Position numbers and translations under genes: made by a program | Shown: in pieces, positions 53,758 through 62,814 of the stretch | How the letters are laid out: each line of letters starts with the position of its first letter | Numbering within the stretch: the stretch's first letter is position 1 | Assembly (NCBI GenBank): GCA_902802355.1 | Contig: CADCLU010000001.1 | Location: 5,533 to 69,532 of the forward strand | Length of the DNA: 64,000 nt | Origin: an uncultured Erysipelotrichaceae bacterium | Lineage (GTDB): Bacteria; Bacillota_I; Bacilli_A; RFN20; CAG-826 | Direction: 5' to 3' | The notes under the pieces: model-generated | What the model saw: the letters and a program-made list of their open reading frames with translations, nothing else | Told to the model about the DNA's origin: nothing | Databases searched by the model: none

Positions 53758-54356
53758 CCTTTCCTTTGTTCTTCTTTTAACTTTTCTGGGTTCAATTTTC
53801 CTAGCAAATCGCGCTTATCTTTGATGGCTTGCTGGGTTTTTTCTTCGATTTCGAAGCCTAGCGTCTTGGCGAATCTTTCCGCCCTCGCGATTCTTAGAGG
53901 ATCTTCCTCAATTCTCTTATAGGGATCACCGATGAAGCGAATCAGCTTCTTCTTAAGATCTTCTTGGCCTGTCGAGAAGTCGATTACGTTGTAATCCTCA
54001 TCAAGATACATCGCGTTGACCGTGAAGTCTCTTCTCACATAGTCGAGTTTCGGATCTTTCACGAAGATGACATTCGATGGATGACGGGAATCGTTATACT
54101 CCCCTTCTTGCCTAAGAGTCGTGATATCGATGTGCTTTCCTTTGAAAGGATAACGGACAGCACCGAACTTCTTGAAGGTGAAGTCCCCTTCCGGGATGAA
54201 CTTCAACTCGTCTTCCGGCGTGGCATCAGTGACGAAGTCGAGGTCAGTGATTTCTTTGCCCAAAAGAAAATCCCTGACGGTCCCTCCCACTACATATAGG
54301 CGGAAACCGTTTTTGCGAAAAAGATCTTTTAGGAAATCAAAGGCCTCAATTCTCAT
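53739..54356 (-). CDS. class-II nucleotidyltransferase (CCA-adding/poly(A) polymerase family), head-and-neck only
   Basis: 205 aa. Motif A VVGGTVRDFLLGKEITDLDF, RRDFTVNAMY and EDPLRIARAERF. There is no body or tail region. The 3' end overlaps dnaD. Confidence 0.7.
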   Translation of the reverse strand: MRIEAFDFLKDLFRKNGFRLYVVGGTVRDFLLGKEITDLDFVTDATPEDELKFIPEGDFTFKKFGAVRYPFKGKHIDITTLRQEGEYNDSRHPSNVIFVKDPKLDYVRRDFTVNAMYLDEDYNVIDFSTGQEDLKKKLIRFIGDPYKRIEEDPLRIARAERFAKTLGFEIEEKTQQAIKDKRDLLGKLNPEKLKEEQRKGWKGTL

Positions 54357-54396
54357 AGGGGAATTTTATCCTATAACACCGAAAGTGTTAAAGGCA

Positions 54397-54424
54397 ATAA
54401 AAAAGGCGACCCGTAGGCCGCCTT
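54397..54424 (-). terminator. rho-independent terminator of hup
   Basis: The minus strand reads aaggcggcc-tacg-ggtcgcctt followed by T7. Confidence 0.8.
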
Positions 54425-54442
54425 AGATGTCCTTAGAAATTC

Positions 54443-54715
54443 TTAGTTGAGTTTCTCTTTGAAGGCTTTGGAGACCTTGAAAGCGACGGTGTTGGAAGCT
54501 GGGATCTTGATCTTCTTCTGGTTGGATGGGTTGGTTCCCTCGCGGGCAGCGCGGGCTTTCTTTGAGAAGATACCAAAGCCAGAAAGTTTGACTTCTTCAC
54601 CTTTAACAACAGCGGCTTCGATGACTTCGAGAACGGCGTCAACGGCAGCTTCTGCGTCTCTCTTCGAGAGTTCAGCCTTTTCGGCAACAGCTTCGACTAA
54701 TTCAGCTTTATTCAT
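54443..54715 (-). CDS. hup: histone-like DNA-binding protein HU
   Basis: 90 aa. MNKAELVEAVA, GFGIFSKKARAAREGTNP and the typical HU arm. Confidence 0.95.
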   Translation of the reverse strand: MNKAELVEAVAEKAELSKRDAEAAVDAVLEVIEAAVVKGEEVKLSGFGIFSKKARAAREGTNPSNQKKIKIPASNTVAFKVSKAFKEKLN

Positions 54716-54965
54716 TGGGACAATCCTCCTTTGCTAAATGGTCATAAAAAAAGTAACACCTTTTTGATACTTTGACAAGAACAAAAAGTCATAATTTATT
54801 CGATAGCATCGGCTTTTTTTAAGAATTAGTAGATATTTGGTGAAAGGGCTTTCATTCTTTACAATAGAAATTATCTAGTGTTTATCGAGCTTTTTCGCCT
54901 AAAAATCGACTAAAAGTGGCATAGTTGCTATATTTACTTTTTTCCAATGGAAAGAGATAAAAAAC

Positions 54966-56273
54966 TTATTTTTTGGCCCTGTAAATGATGTTCACAGGGG
55001 TTCCGTCAAAGTCGTAAGCAGCCCTGATTTGGTTCTCCAAATACCTTGTATAAGAGAAATGGGCCGACTTCGGAGCGTTGCAGAACATGATGAAAGTCGG
55101 TGGGCAAACCGCACTCTGATTGGCGAAGGAAATCTTGAGTCTCGCGTGGTTGAATTCCGGAGCTGGATTAAGGTCTTGGGCGTCTCTGATGATCTCATTG
55201 AGGACGTTGGTTGGGATGCGGCGGTTATACGCTTCATGGACCTCAAGGATCTTTGGAAGGATATCCTGGCAGCCGAGTCCTGATTTGGCTGAGGTGAAAA
55301 GGATTGGGGCGTACTCTAAGAACTTGAATTGCTTCCTGATCTCTTTGGTGAACTCTTCTTTGGTGAGCCCCTTCTTCTTTCCTTCGTCCCACTTATTGAC
55401 CACGACGATGATGGCCTTGTGGTTATCGCAAGCATATCCGACGACGTGCTTGTCCTGTTCGATGATGCCTTCCTCGGCGTTGATGAGGAGGAGAACGATC
55501 TCACTTCTCTCAATGGAGGCTAAGGCTCTTAACGCGGCATACTTATCAATCGCTTCGAAGATCTTTCCGCGTTTGACGAGACCCGCCGTATCAATGACGA
55601 CGTAGTTTCTGCCATCTCTGGTTAATGGGGTATCGATTGAGTCGCGAGTGGTTCCCGCGATATTGGAGACTAAGGTTCTTTCGCTGGCGAGAAGCCTATT
55701 CGAAAGGGAGGATTTACCAACGTTTGGACGGCCGATCAAACAGAAAGTGATCGCATCGCCATAATCTGGCACTTCTTTCTCTGGGAGCTTCTTCACGACT
55801 TCGTCGAGAAGATCGCCGATGCCGATGCCGTGCGCACCGGAAACAGCGATTGGGTCGCCTAAGCCAAGGGAATAGAATTCGCCGGTGTTGCCGTATTCCA
55901 TGATGTTGTCGATCTTGTTGACGACAAGGACGACTGGCTTTCCGCTCATCCTGAGCATCTTGGCGATATATCTGTCGTCGCTTGTGAGGCCTTTATTGCC
56001 GTCGACGATGAAGGCGATGATGTCAGCTTCCTGAATAGCGACTTCGGCTTGGGCTTTGATGAGATCCTGGAAAGGCACGTTAAAAGAAGTGAGACCGCCG
56101 GTATCGATGACGGTGAACTCCTTGGTTAACCAAACGCCTTTGCCATAAATCCTGTCTCTCGTGACGCCTGGGGTTGGCTCTACGATGGATTTACGCTCTC
56201 CGACGATACGGTTGAAGATGGTGCTCTTGCCTGCGGATGGAGCGCCTACTAACGCTAAAACGCCTAATGACAT
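54966..56273 (-). CDS. der: ribosome-biogenesis GTPase Der (EngA)
   Basis: 435 aa. Two G domains (GAPSAGKST and GRPNVGKSS) and a KH-like C-terminus. Confidence 0.95.
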   Translation of the reverse strand: MSLGVLALVGAPSAGKSTIFNRIVGERKSIVEPTPGVTRDRIYGKGVWLTKEFTVIDTGGLTSFNVPFQDLIKAQAEVAIQEADIIAFIVDGNKGLTSDDRYIAKMLRMSGKPVVLVVNKIDNIMEYGNTGEFYSLGLGDPIAVSGAHGIGIGDLLDEVVKKLPEKEVPDYGDAITFCLIGRPNVGKSSLSNRLLASERTLVSNIAGTTRDSIDTPLTRDGRNYVVIDTAGLVKRGKIFEAIDKYAALRALASIERSEIVLLLINAEEGIIEQDKHVVGYACDNHKAIIVVVNKWDEGKKKGLTKEEFTKEIRKQFKFLEYAPILFTSAKSGLGCQDILPKILEVHEAYNRRIPTNVLNEIIRDAQDLNPAPEFNHARLKISFANQSAVCPPTFIMFCNAPKSAHFSYTRYLENQIRAAYDFDGTPVNIIYRAKK

Positions 56274-56947
56274 GGAATCTCTATACCTGTTTTCTCTTTG
56301 ATGACGGCCAAGACGGCGTCGACTGACTCTTCGATGGTCATGTCTGAGGTGTCGATCTCGACAGCATCCTCAGCTTTCCTTAATGGGGCGAAGTCGCGAT
56401 GAGAGTCAATGTAATCGCGCTTCTTCACCGACTCGGTGATCTCTTCGAGAGTGGAAGGAATTCCCTTCTCGAGGTTCTCAATATATCTACGTTTGGCTCG
56501 ACATTCAACAGAAGCGATTTGGAAAATCTTCACATTTGCGTTCGGAAGGACGTAAGTGCCGATGTCTCTGCCATCAAGAATAACATTCTTGCTGTTAGCC
56601 ATTTCGCGCTGCATATCGACGAGGGCAAGACGGATTGGCTTCATCGCGGCGATGTAGCTCACCTTGCTCGAGACGATTGGTTCGCGGATGACCTTGGTGA
56701 CATCCTCATCATTGCAAAGAACGGTTCCATCTTCCTTGAGGTCGATCTTGAGGCCTGGGAGGACTTTGACCGATTCCTCTTCGATCTCTGGGTCGAGGCC
56801 GGCTTTGATGACGGCGTAGGTAACGGCACGGTACATGGCACCGGTATCTAAGTATGTGTAATTGAGAAGCTTAGCAACTCTCTTGGCGATGGTGCTTTTG
56901 CCAGCAGCGGCTGGTCCATCGATGGCGACGGTGATGAATTTTTCCAT
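56264..56947 (-). CDS. cmk: cytidylate kinase
   Basis: Start chosen at MEKFITVAIDGPAAAGKST (SD gaggt). It overlaps der by 10 nt. Confidence 0.9.
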   Translation of the reverse strand: MEKFITVAIDGPAAAGKSTIAKRVAKLLNYTYLDTGAMYRAVTYAVIKAGLDPEIEEESVKVLPGLKIDLKEDGTVLCNDEDVTKVIREPIVSSKVSYIAAMKPIRLALVDMQREMANSKNVILDGRDIGTYVLPNANVKIFQIASVECRAKRRYIENLEKGIPSTLEEITESVKKRDYIDSHRDFAPLRKAEDAVEIDTSDMTIEESVDAVLAVIKEKTGIEIPCH

Positions 56948-56952
56948 GTTTG

Positions 56953-57252
56953 TTACCTCATGACCCATAAGAACCAGGCGCAGATGAATCCCGCGAGTAC
57001 GACTGCGGTCGTAGCGAGTTTGAAGATGAGCATGTTGCGCCTTCTTCTTTGATAAACCGAATAAGGGGTCGTTTTGACGTTATGAAGATTGCCGTTAGAG
57101 ATGGCGTGGGCGGCTTTCGCACTGCCATTCATCGCGGCTAAATCGGACATAGAGGCCACCTCAGTATAGTCTTTCCTCTTGGAGAACTTCTCAGGAGGAA
57201 GTTTCTTGATCTTTTCCCTATAGTGGGCCCACTTCTTTGTCCGTGATTTCAT
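56953..57252 (-). CDS. small tail-anchored membrane protein, unknown function
   Basis: Basic N-terminal half and a single C-terminal TM helix (LIFKLATTAVVLAGFICAWFLWV). The start is ambiguous: TTG at 57261 or ATG at 57252. No clear SD. Confidence 0.4.
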   Translation of the reverse strand: MKSRTKKWAHYREKIKKLPPEKFSKRKDYTEVASMSDLAAMNGSAKAAHAISNGNLHNVKTTPYSVYQRRRRNMLIFKLATTAVVLAGFICAWFLWVMR

Positions 57253-57335
57253 AACTAGCAAGAAATATTATCTCTTGAAAAGAGAGGGAAAGAAACACCC
57301 GACCTATATTTAGGGACAATAGAGGGGTGTGAATA

Positions 57336-57363
57336 TTGACTTTCGGCATGGTCAATTTACAAT
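57336..57363 (+). promoter_or_regulatory. candidate promoter TTGACT-N16-TACAAT for the ferredoxin gene
   Basis: -35 box at 57336-57341 and -10 box at 57358-57363. The -35 box is part of the inverted repeat ttgac-N10-gtcaa. Confidence 0.5.
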
Positions 57364-57394
57364 AAGTCATACCAACAAAGGAGAGTTATCCAAC

Positions 57395-57571
57395 ATGAAA
57401 AAACTTAAAGTCAACGCCGACGCCTGCATCGGCTGCGGTCTCTGCGTCAACATGGCACCAGACGCCTTCGCCCTCAATGATGAAGGCAAGAGCGAAGCCA
57501 TCGCCGAGATGGAAGACGGCGCTGCTGATGAAGTCATCGCCAGCTGCCCAGTCGCCGCTATCGAGGAATAA
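57395..57571 (+). CDS. small single-cluster ferredoxin
   Basis: 58 aa from MKKLKV (SD aaggag). CIGCGLC plus a distal CP motif. Confidence 0.85.
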   Translation: MKKLKVNADACIGCGLCVNMAPDAFALNDEGKSEAIAEMEDGAADEVIASCPVAAIEE

Positions 57572-57586
57572 CTTCTGAATAAAGAA

Positions 57587-57615
57587 AAGGATGGCGATTT
57601 GCCATCCTTTTTTTG
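57587..57615. terminator. bidirectional terminator between the ferredoxin gene and ribU
   Basis: Perfect 9-bp stem aaggatggc/gccatcctt with loop gattt. A T-run lies on the right and an A-rich run on the left. Confidence 0.85.
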
Positions 57616-58377
57616 TTATTTGGCTTCAACGTCAATCACTTCAGGTTCTTCATTTTGCACTGGTTTTTCCCAGCGAAGAGCCTTGTGAATTCCTTTGTAG
57701 ACGAAGAACGTCACAATGAGGACCGCGGTGTTCTTGATGAGGTTGAGAGGCAAGACGATGAAGAGCGCATAATCTAAATCGAGATTCTTAACTAATGGGT
57801 TTGCCTCGGCACAAGCACCAAGAATATGTTCGTAATCATAGTATGGCGAAGTCTGCGACATGACCTGCATATAGAAAGGCAAAATGGCATAGACATTAAG
57901 AACAATTGCAACCACAAGTTGTGTAACAAAGGAAACAGCGAATCCAATCCAAACGCCTTTGAGGTTCCTGATCTTCTTGTAGATGAAGGCAGCTGGTAAG
58001 ACAAAAGCTACCGAGAAGAGAAAATCAGCAAACTCACCAACGCAAAAAGTGGACGACATTGGAAGCTTGATGATGGTCTTAACGAGAATAACGATGAGAG
58101 CGGTGAATGGACCATACGCATAACCAGCGATGAAGGCTGGAATCTCATCGAAGTGAACCTTCATGAATGAAGGCAAGAAAGGTAATTGAAGCTGGAATAC
58201 CGGGACCACGTAAAGGATAGTCGATAAGGCGCCAAAGATGGCAACCCTAGCAGCGAATCTCGCCCAGGAAAATTCCTTTCTCTTCATGTACTTCGAATAA
58301 AGGATTACGAAGACGATTGTGGCAACTAGGGATGCACCCAGTACAATCCACGAAATTTGTTCTCTTGTCAGTTCCAT
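57616..58377 (-). CDS. ribU: ECF-transporter S component, riboflavin type
   Basis: 253 aa with about 6 TM helices. The S-component pattern HFDEIPAFIAGYAYGP is present, and the gene is preceded by an FMN riboswitch. Confidence 0.75.
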   Translation of the reverse strand: MELTREQISWIVLGASLVATIVFVILYSKYMKRKEFSWARFAARVAIFGALSTILYVVPVFQLQLPFLPSFMKVHFDEIPAFIAGYAYGPFTALIVILVKTIIKLPMSSTFCVGEFADFLFSVAFVLPAAFIYKKIRNLKGVWIGFAVSFVTQLVVAIVLNVYAILPFYMQVMSQTSPYYDYEHILGACAEANPLVKNLDLDYALFIVLPLNLIKNTAVLIVTFFVYKGIHKALRWEKPVQNEEPEVIDVEAK

Positions 58378-58429
58378 AAAATAAAAATACCTCCTATATG
58401 GCTGACATCAGGGGGCTAAGCAAATAGTA

Positions 58430-58542
58430 GCTTCTGCATATCCGGACTTTACCGTTGGCACTGGAATCTCACCAGTTCGTGTGGGGTGTCCCACTCGCGG
58501 GCTTTACCGCCAGTCGACGTAATTCTCGTCGCCCTGAAGCAC
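58430..58542 (-). promoter_or_regulatory. FMN riboswitch (RFN element)
   Basis: The minus strand reads gugcuucagggcgacgagaauuacgucgacuggcgguaaagcccgcgagugggacaccccacacgaacuggugagauuccagugccaacgguaaaguccggauaugcagaagc. It matches the conserved RFN blocks CUUCAGGGC, GGCGGUAAAGCCCGCGAG, GGUGAGAUUCC, GCCAACGGUAAAGUCCGGAU and GAGAAG-like P1 closure. Confidence 0.8.
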
Positions 58543-58546
58543 ATAA

Positions 58547-58574
58547 ATAGTAATACTTCTTAGAAGTAAGTCAA
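58547..58574 (-). promoter_or_regulatory. candidate promoter TTGACT-N16-TACTAT driving the FMN riboswitch and ribU
   Basis: On the minus strand the -35 box is at 58574-58569, abutting the parB stop codon (58575-58577). The -10 box is at 58552-58547. The predicted TSS falls at the first riboswitch nucleotides. Confidence 0.5.
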
Positions 58575-59399
58575 TTAATCGGATAAGTATTTTTCAATGA
58601 AGGCTTCTTTTTCTTCATTTGTGTCGAATTCAAACAAAACTGATGACGGTTTGATCTTCACGTCACGGGCGTTGCTCTTAGTGATAAGGGCGATGTTCTT
58701 CTCATAGTCACCGTCTTCGTAGTGATATCTCTTCACCAAAGCTTCGGTCTCTCTTACAGAGAGCTTATTGTGATGGATGGTGTTCACTGCTTCTTCGATC
58801 TCAAACTTGTCTAGACCTAAAAGAGCACGCGCATGCCCATATGTGAGCTCACCAAGGGTGACTTCTTTGAGAACCTTTTCCGGAAGGGAAAGGAGACGGA
58901 CGATATTGGTGACCTGGCTTCTTGATTGATGTGAAAGCTTACCGAGAGTAGCTTGGGAGTAGTTGTACTTCTTCGACAAGGCGTTACAGATAAGCGCCAT
59001 CTCAACAATGTTGCCTTCTCTCTCGTCACGGACATCGGCGAGAAGCATAAGGAGAACCTCTTCGTCCCCTACTTCCCTGATGATCGCAGGCACTTCGGCA
59101 AGGTTGATGTTCTTCGCTCCAAAGTATCTTTTCCTTCCAAGGATTAGTTCGTATCTATCGCCTTTAGGACGGACGACAAGAGGATTGAAAAAACCCTTCT
59201 CTTTGATGGATTTCCCCAGCAAATTGACGGTCTTTTTGGAAAATATGACTTTATTGACGTAGGAATTGTCGTCGATTTTTTCGAGCGGGATATTAACAGA
59301 AGCTACGCTGCGATATTCCTTCTCCATTTGGAGAATGACATCTTCTTGCGAGAACTTCTTAACGAGTTTGCTAAGTGAGGAGACGTTACTCTTTTTCAT
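58575..59399 (-). CDS. parB: ParB/Spo0J-family partition protein
   Basis: Start chosen at MKKSNVSSL (14-nt overlap with the parA end). ParB-box-like LILGRKRYFGAK and HTH SQATLGKLSHQSRSQVTNIVRLL. Confidence 0.85.
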   Translation of the reverse strand: MKKSNVSSLSKLVKKFSQEDVILQMEKEYRSVASVNIPLEKIDDNSYVNKVIFSKKTVNLLGKSIKEKGFFNPLVVRPKGDRYELILGRKRYFGAKNINLAEVPAIIREVGDEEVLLMLLADVRDEREGNIVEMALICNALSKKYNYSQATLGKLSHQSRSQVTNIVRLLSLPEKVLKEVTLGELTYGHARALLGLDKFEIEEAVNTIHHNKLSVRETEALVKRYHYEDGDYEKNIALITKSNARDVKIKPSSVLFEFDTNEEKEAFIEKYLSD

Positions 59400-60159
59400 G
59401 TTCCAAAACCTCACGGGCAAGAGCGAGATAGGCGTTGGCGCCAGTAGAGGATGGGCGATAGTCGATGACTGATTGTCCATGCGCGCTCGCTTCAGGGAGA
59501 GAAACGTTCCTTGGGACCATGGTCACGAAGGTGTTCTCATCGAAGAGGCTTCTGACCTGGGCGACGATCTCATTGCACAAAGAGGCTTTCGAATCGTACA
59601 TGGTCATGAGGAAGCCCTCAATCTTCAAAGCCGGGTTGTAATTGTTTTGGATACGGTTAACGGTGCTAAGCATCGACGCCACTGCTTCCATGGCGAAGAA
59701 CTCACACTGTATCGGGATTATGACGCTTGTTGAAACAACAAGAGCATTGAGAGAAAGGATGCCAAGTGATGGCGGGCAATCGATGATGATGAAATCGTAA
59801 TCGCGCTTAAGATGGCTAAGGGCGTCCGCCAAAACGGCGAATGGAGTGCCAACGCCATGGGACTGCATATAGGCTTCGAGATTGGCCAAACGGAGGTTGC
59901 TCGGAGCGATGTCCACACCTTTGCAGGAGGTTCTTCTGATGATGGCATTGATGTCGGCTTCCTTGATGCAGGCATCATAGATGGTGTAGGTCAAAGAAGT
60001 AATATCAAAGCCAAGTCCACGGGTGGAATTGCCTTGCGAATCGAAATCGATCAAAAGCACCTTTTTGCCATAGGTGGCCAAAGCACTAGAAAGGTTAATG
60101 GCAGTCGTTGTCTTTCCGACTCCACCTTTCTGATTGGCAATGCTTATGATTCTCGTCAT
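59386..60159 (-). CDS. parA: ParA/Soj partition ATPase
   Basis: Start chosen at MTRIISIANQKGGVGKTT (deviant Walker A). DCPPSLG is also present. Confidence 0.9.
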   Translation of the reverse strand: MTRIISIANQKGGVGKTTTAINLSSALATYGKKVLLIDFDSQGNSTRGLGFDITSLTYTIYDACIKEADINAIIRRTSCKGVDIAPSNLRLANLEAYMQSHGVGTPFAVLADALSHLKRDYDFIIIDCPPSLGILSLNALVVSTSVIIPIQCEFFAMEAVASMLSTVNRIQNNYNPALKIEGFLMTMYDSKASLCNEIVAQVRSLFDENTFVTMVPRNVSLPEASAHGQSVIDYRPSSTGANAYLALAREVLEHEKE

Positions 60160-60220
60160 AAAACTATGATATTCCAATAATTGGAAGAAATCTAAAAAAC
60201 CTTCGCAAAACTAGGTTATT

Positions 60221-60916
60221 TTACAAAGGCTTCTTCTGAATATCGGCCCAAGAGCGAGGATACCTTTTTTCGGTCTTCTTCTCTTTCTTGAGGATGATGT
60301 TGTATCTAATCCCTTCATCATTAGGGAGGGACTGTTCGTTGATTTCAATTACCTTCAGGTAAAGTTTCTGAATTGCTTTCTTAGCGTCGGCGAGCTCTTC
60401 TTTTCCTTTGGCGCCTTTCATGGCAATCATGAGGCCCTTCTCTTTGACGAGAGGGATAGTGACTTCGAGAAGGATATTGAGAGGGGCGACTGCTCTAGCG
60501 GTGACGATGTCGAAATGCTCTCTCATATTGAGATCCTCGCCACGGGAATTGACCACGAAGGCGTTCGTGAGATTGAGCTCTTTGATGACCTCGTTGAGGA
60601 ATGTGCATTTCTTGGCAGTCGCATCAACAAGGGTAACGACGCATTTTGGATAGGCGATGGCCCAGACAAGACCTGGGAAACCCGCTCCAGTACCTAAATC
60701 GCAGATAAGTCTGTCATCAAGAAGGTCATGGCTCGTTGGAAGGAGGCAATCATAAAAATGCTTTTCGACGATCTCCGGTTCATCGGTGATGGCCGTAAGA
60801 TTCATCTTCTCGTTCCACTCCTTAAGGAGAGCGGCGTATTTCTTAAAACGCTCAACGGTTTTATCGTTAAGATCAATTTTGCCTGAGAGGAGGCTCGCCA
60901 TCTCTTCGTATGTCAT
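60221..60916 (-). CDS. rsmG: 16S rRNA (guanine527-N7)-methyltransferase
   Basis: 231 aa. SAM motif DLGTGAGFPG. It overlaps the mnmG stop by 4 nt. Confidence 0.9.
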   Translation of the reverse strand: MTYEEMASLLSGKIDLNDKTVERFKKYAALLKEWNEKMNLTAITDEPEIVEKHFYDCLLPTSHDLLDDRLICDLGTGAGFPGLVWAIAYPKCVVTLVDATAKKCTFLNEVIKELNLTNAFVVNSRGEDLNMREHFDIVTARAVAPLNILLEVTIPLVKEKGLMIAMKGAKGKEELADAKKAIQKLYLKVIEINEQSLPNDEGIRYNIILKKEKKTEKRYPRSWADIQKKPL

Positions 60917-62787
60917 AACAGGCCTCTTTTCTTCATCGTCAAAATGATAATCGAAATATCAGCAGGGTTCACCCCTGGAATACGGGAAGCTTGGCCGATT
61001 GTGACAGGATTGACTTTCTTGAGCTTTTCCCTTGCTTCAAGACGGAGGCCTTCCCAAGAGGAATAATCTTCTCCAAGAGGGAGTTTGATGTTCTCGAGTT
61101 TGCGGTTTCCTTTCGCGTCCTTGAGCTCTTGGGTGATATAGCCTTCATATTTGACCTTTGTCTCTAAAGAGAGGACAGTCGAATCATCGAAGTCTCTATA
61201 TTCTTCCATCTCTGGCATGTAGGACATGATTTCACGGAGATGAAGTCCTGGACGTTTGAGAAGCTCATAGCCTCTATGTCCGATCTCGACATCGGTGAAA
61301 CCATTCTCAAGGAGATATCCTTTGAGGCCTTCTTTGTCAGAGACCACGGTGTTCTTAAGGATTTCGATCGCTTTAGCGATTCTATCCATTTTTGTTCTAT
61401 ATTTGTTGACCCTTTCTTCTGAGGCAAGGCCAATCTCATAGCCTTTCTCAGTGAGTCTTTCGTCAGCGTTGTCGTGACGGAGGAGGAGACGGTATTCCGC
61501 ACGAGAGGAAAGAAGACGATAAGGCTCATCCACACCTTTGGTGGTGAGGTCATCGATCATGACACCGATATAGGCTTCATCTCTTCCAAGGACAAATGGG
61601 CTTTCTCCTTTGATGGCTCTGACGGCATTGATGCCGGCCATAAGACCTAAAGCGGCAGCCTCTTCGTAACCTGAAGTTCCGCAGATCTGACCAGCGATGT
61701 ATAAGCCATCGTATTTCTTGATCTTCAAAGTGGAATCAAATTGGAAGGACGCTACAGCGTCGTACTCAATCTGATAAGCGTATTTCAAAATCTCGGCATT
61801 CTCCAAACCTGGAAGGGTATGGACAAGCTTCTCCTGAAGTTCATGAGGGAAGCCGGTGCTGAAACCTTGGAGATAAATCGATTCTCCGTTTTCGAATTCA
61901 GGCTCAAGGAAAAGCTGATGGCGTTCTTTGTCCGCAAAGCGAACAACCTTCGATTCGATGGATGGGCAATATCTTGGTCCCACTCCTTTGATGACGCCAT
62001 TGAAGACAGCCGACTCAGAAAGATGTTCCTGAATCAATTTGATGGTGGCTTCAGATGTATAGATGAGATAGCAAGGAAGCTGATTCTCAAGAGAAGTGAA
62101 CTTGTCAGTTAAATATGAGAAAGCGAGTTCCCCTCCCATGCCTGGCTGGATGGAGGCATTAGAGAAATCGATCGTGCTCTTTTTGATACGTGGAGGAGTT
62201 CCGGTTTTGAGACGCATAAGGTCGATGCCCATGCTCTCAAGGTAACCCGAAAGACCATGAGAGGCTTCTTCACCATCAGGTCCTTCTTCTTTGACCATCT
62301 GTCCGGAGATGATGGTGCTCTCCATATAGGTGCCAGTCGTGAGGATGACCGCTTTAGCGGTAATCTCCTCACCGTCTTTGGTGATGACGCCACTGACTTT
62401 GTTCTCGTCATGAATGAGACCAGTGACCTGACGCTCTTTGATTGTGAGATTCGGAACAGTATCAAGATATTCCTGAACGTGCTCTGGATAGCCCTTCTTA
62501 TCGACTTGGGCGCGGAGGCACTGAACGCCTGGGCCTTTGCCGGTGTTGAGCATCTTGATCTGAAGAGGATGATAATCAGCGAACTGACCCATCATTCCGC
62601 CTAGGGCGTCGATCTCACGGACGACGATTCCTTTGGCGCTTCCACCGATGTGCGGATTGCATGGGGTGTTGGCAATCATCTTCTTGTTGAGGGTGCACAA
62701 AAGGGTACGCATTCCAAGATGCGCACTGGCTGCTGCAGCTTCCACTCCAGCATGCCCACCACCAACGACAATTACATCAAAATCCAC
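60913..62787 (-). CDS. mnmG: tRNA uridine-5-carboxymethylaminomethyl modification enzyme MnmG (GidA)
   Basis: 624 aa. FAD motif DVIVVGGGHAGVEAA, and GQICGTSGYEEAA. Confidence 0.95.
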   Translation of the reverse strand: MDFDVIVVGGGHAGVEAAAASAHLGMRTLLCTLNKKMIANTPCNPHIGGSAKGIVVREIDALGGMMGQFADYHPLQIKMLNTGKGPGVQCLRAQVDKKGYPEHVQEYLDTVPNLTIKERQVTGLIHDENKVSGVITKDGEEITAKAVILTTGTYMESTIISGQMVKEEGPDGEEASHGLSGYLESMGIDLMRLKTGTPPRIKKSTIDFSNASIQPGMGGELAFSYLTDKFTSLENQLPCYLIYTSEATIKLIQEHLSESAVFNGVIKGVGPRYCPSIESKVVRFADKERHQLFLEPEFENGESIYLQGFSTGFPHELQEKLVHTLPGLENAEILKYAYQIEYDAVASFQFDSTLKIKKYDGLYIAGQICGTSGYEEAAALGLMAGINAVRAIKGESPFVLGRDEAYIGVMIDDLTTKGVDEPYRLLSSRAEYRLLLRHDNADERLTEKGYEIGLASEERVNKYRTKMDRIAKAIEILKNTVVSDKEGLKGYLLENGFTDVEIGHRGYELLKRPGLHLREIMSYMPEMEEYRDFDDSTVLSLETKVKYEGYITQELKDAKGNRKLENIKLPLGEDYSSWEGLRLEAREKLKKVNPVTIGQASRIPGVNPADISIIILTMKKRGLL

Positions 62788-62814
62788 TGCAAATCCTCGG
62801 TGTTTTTATTATCT

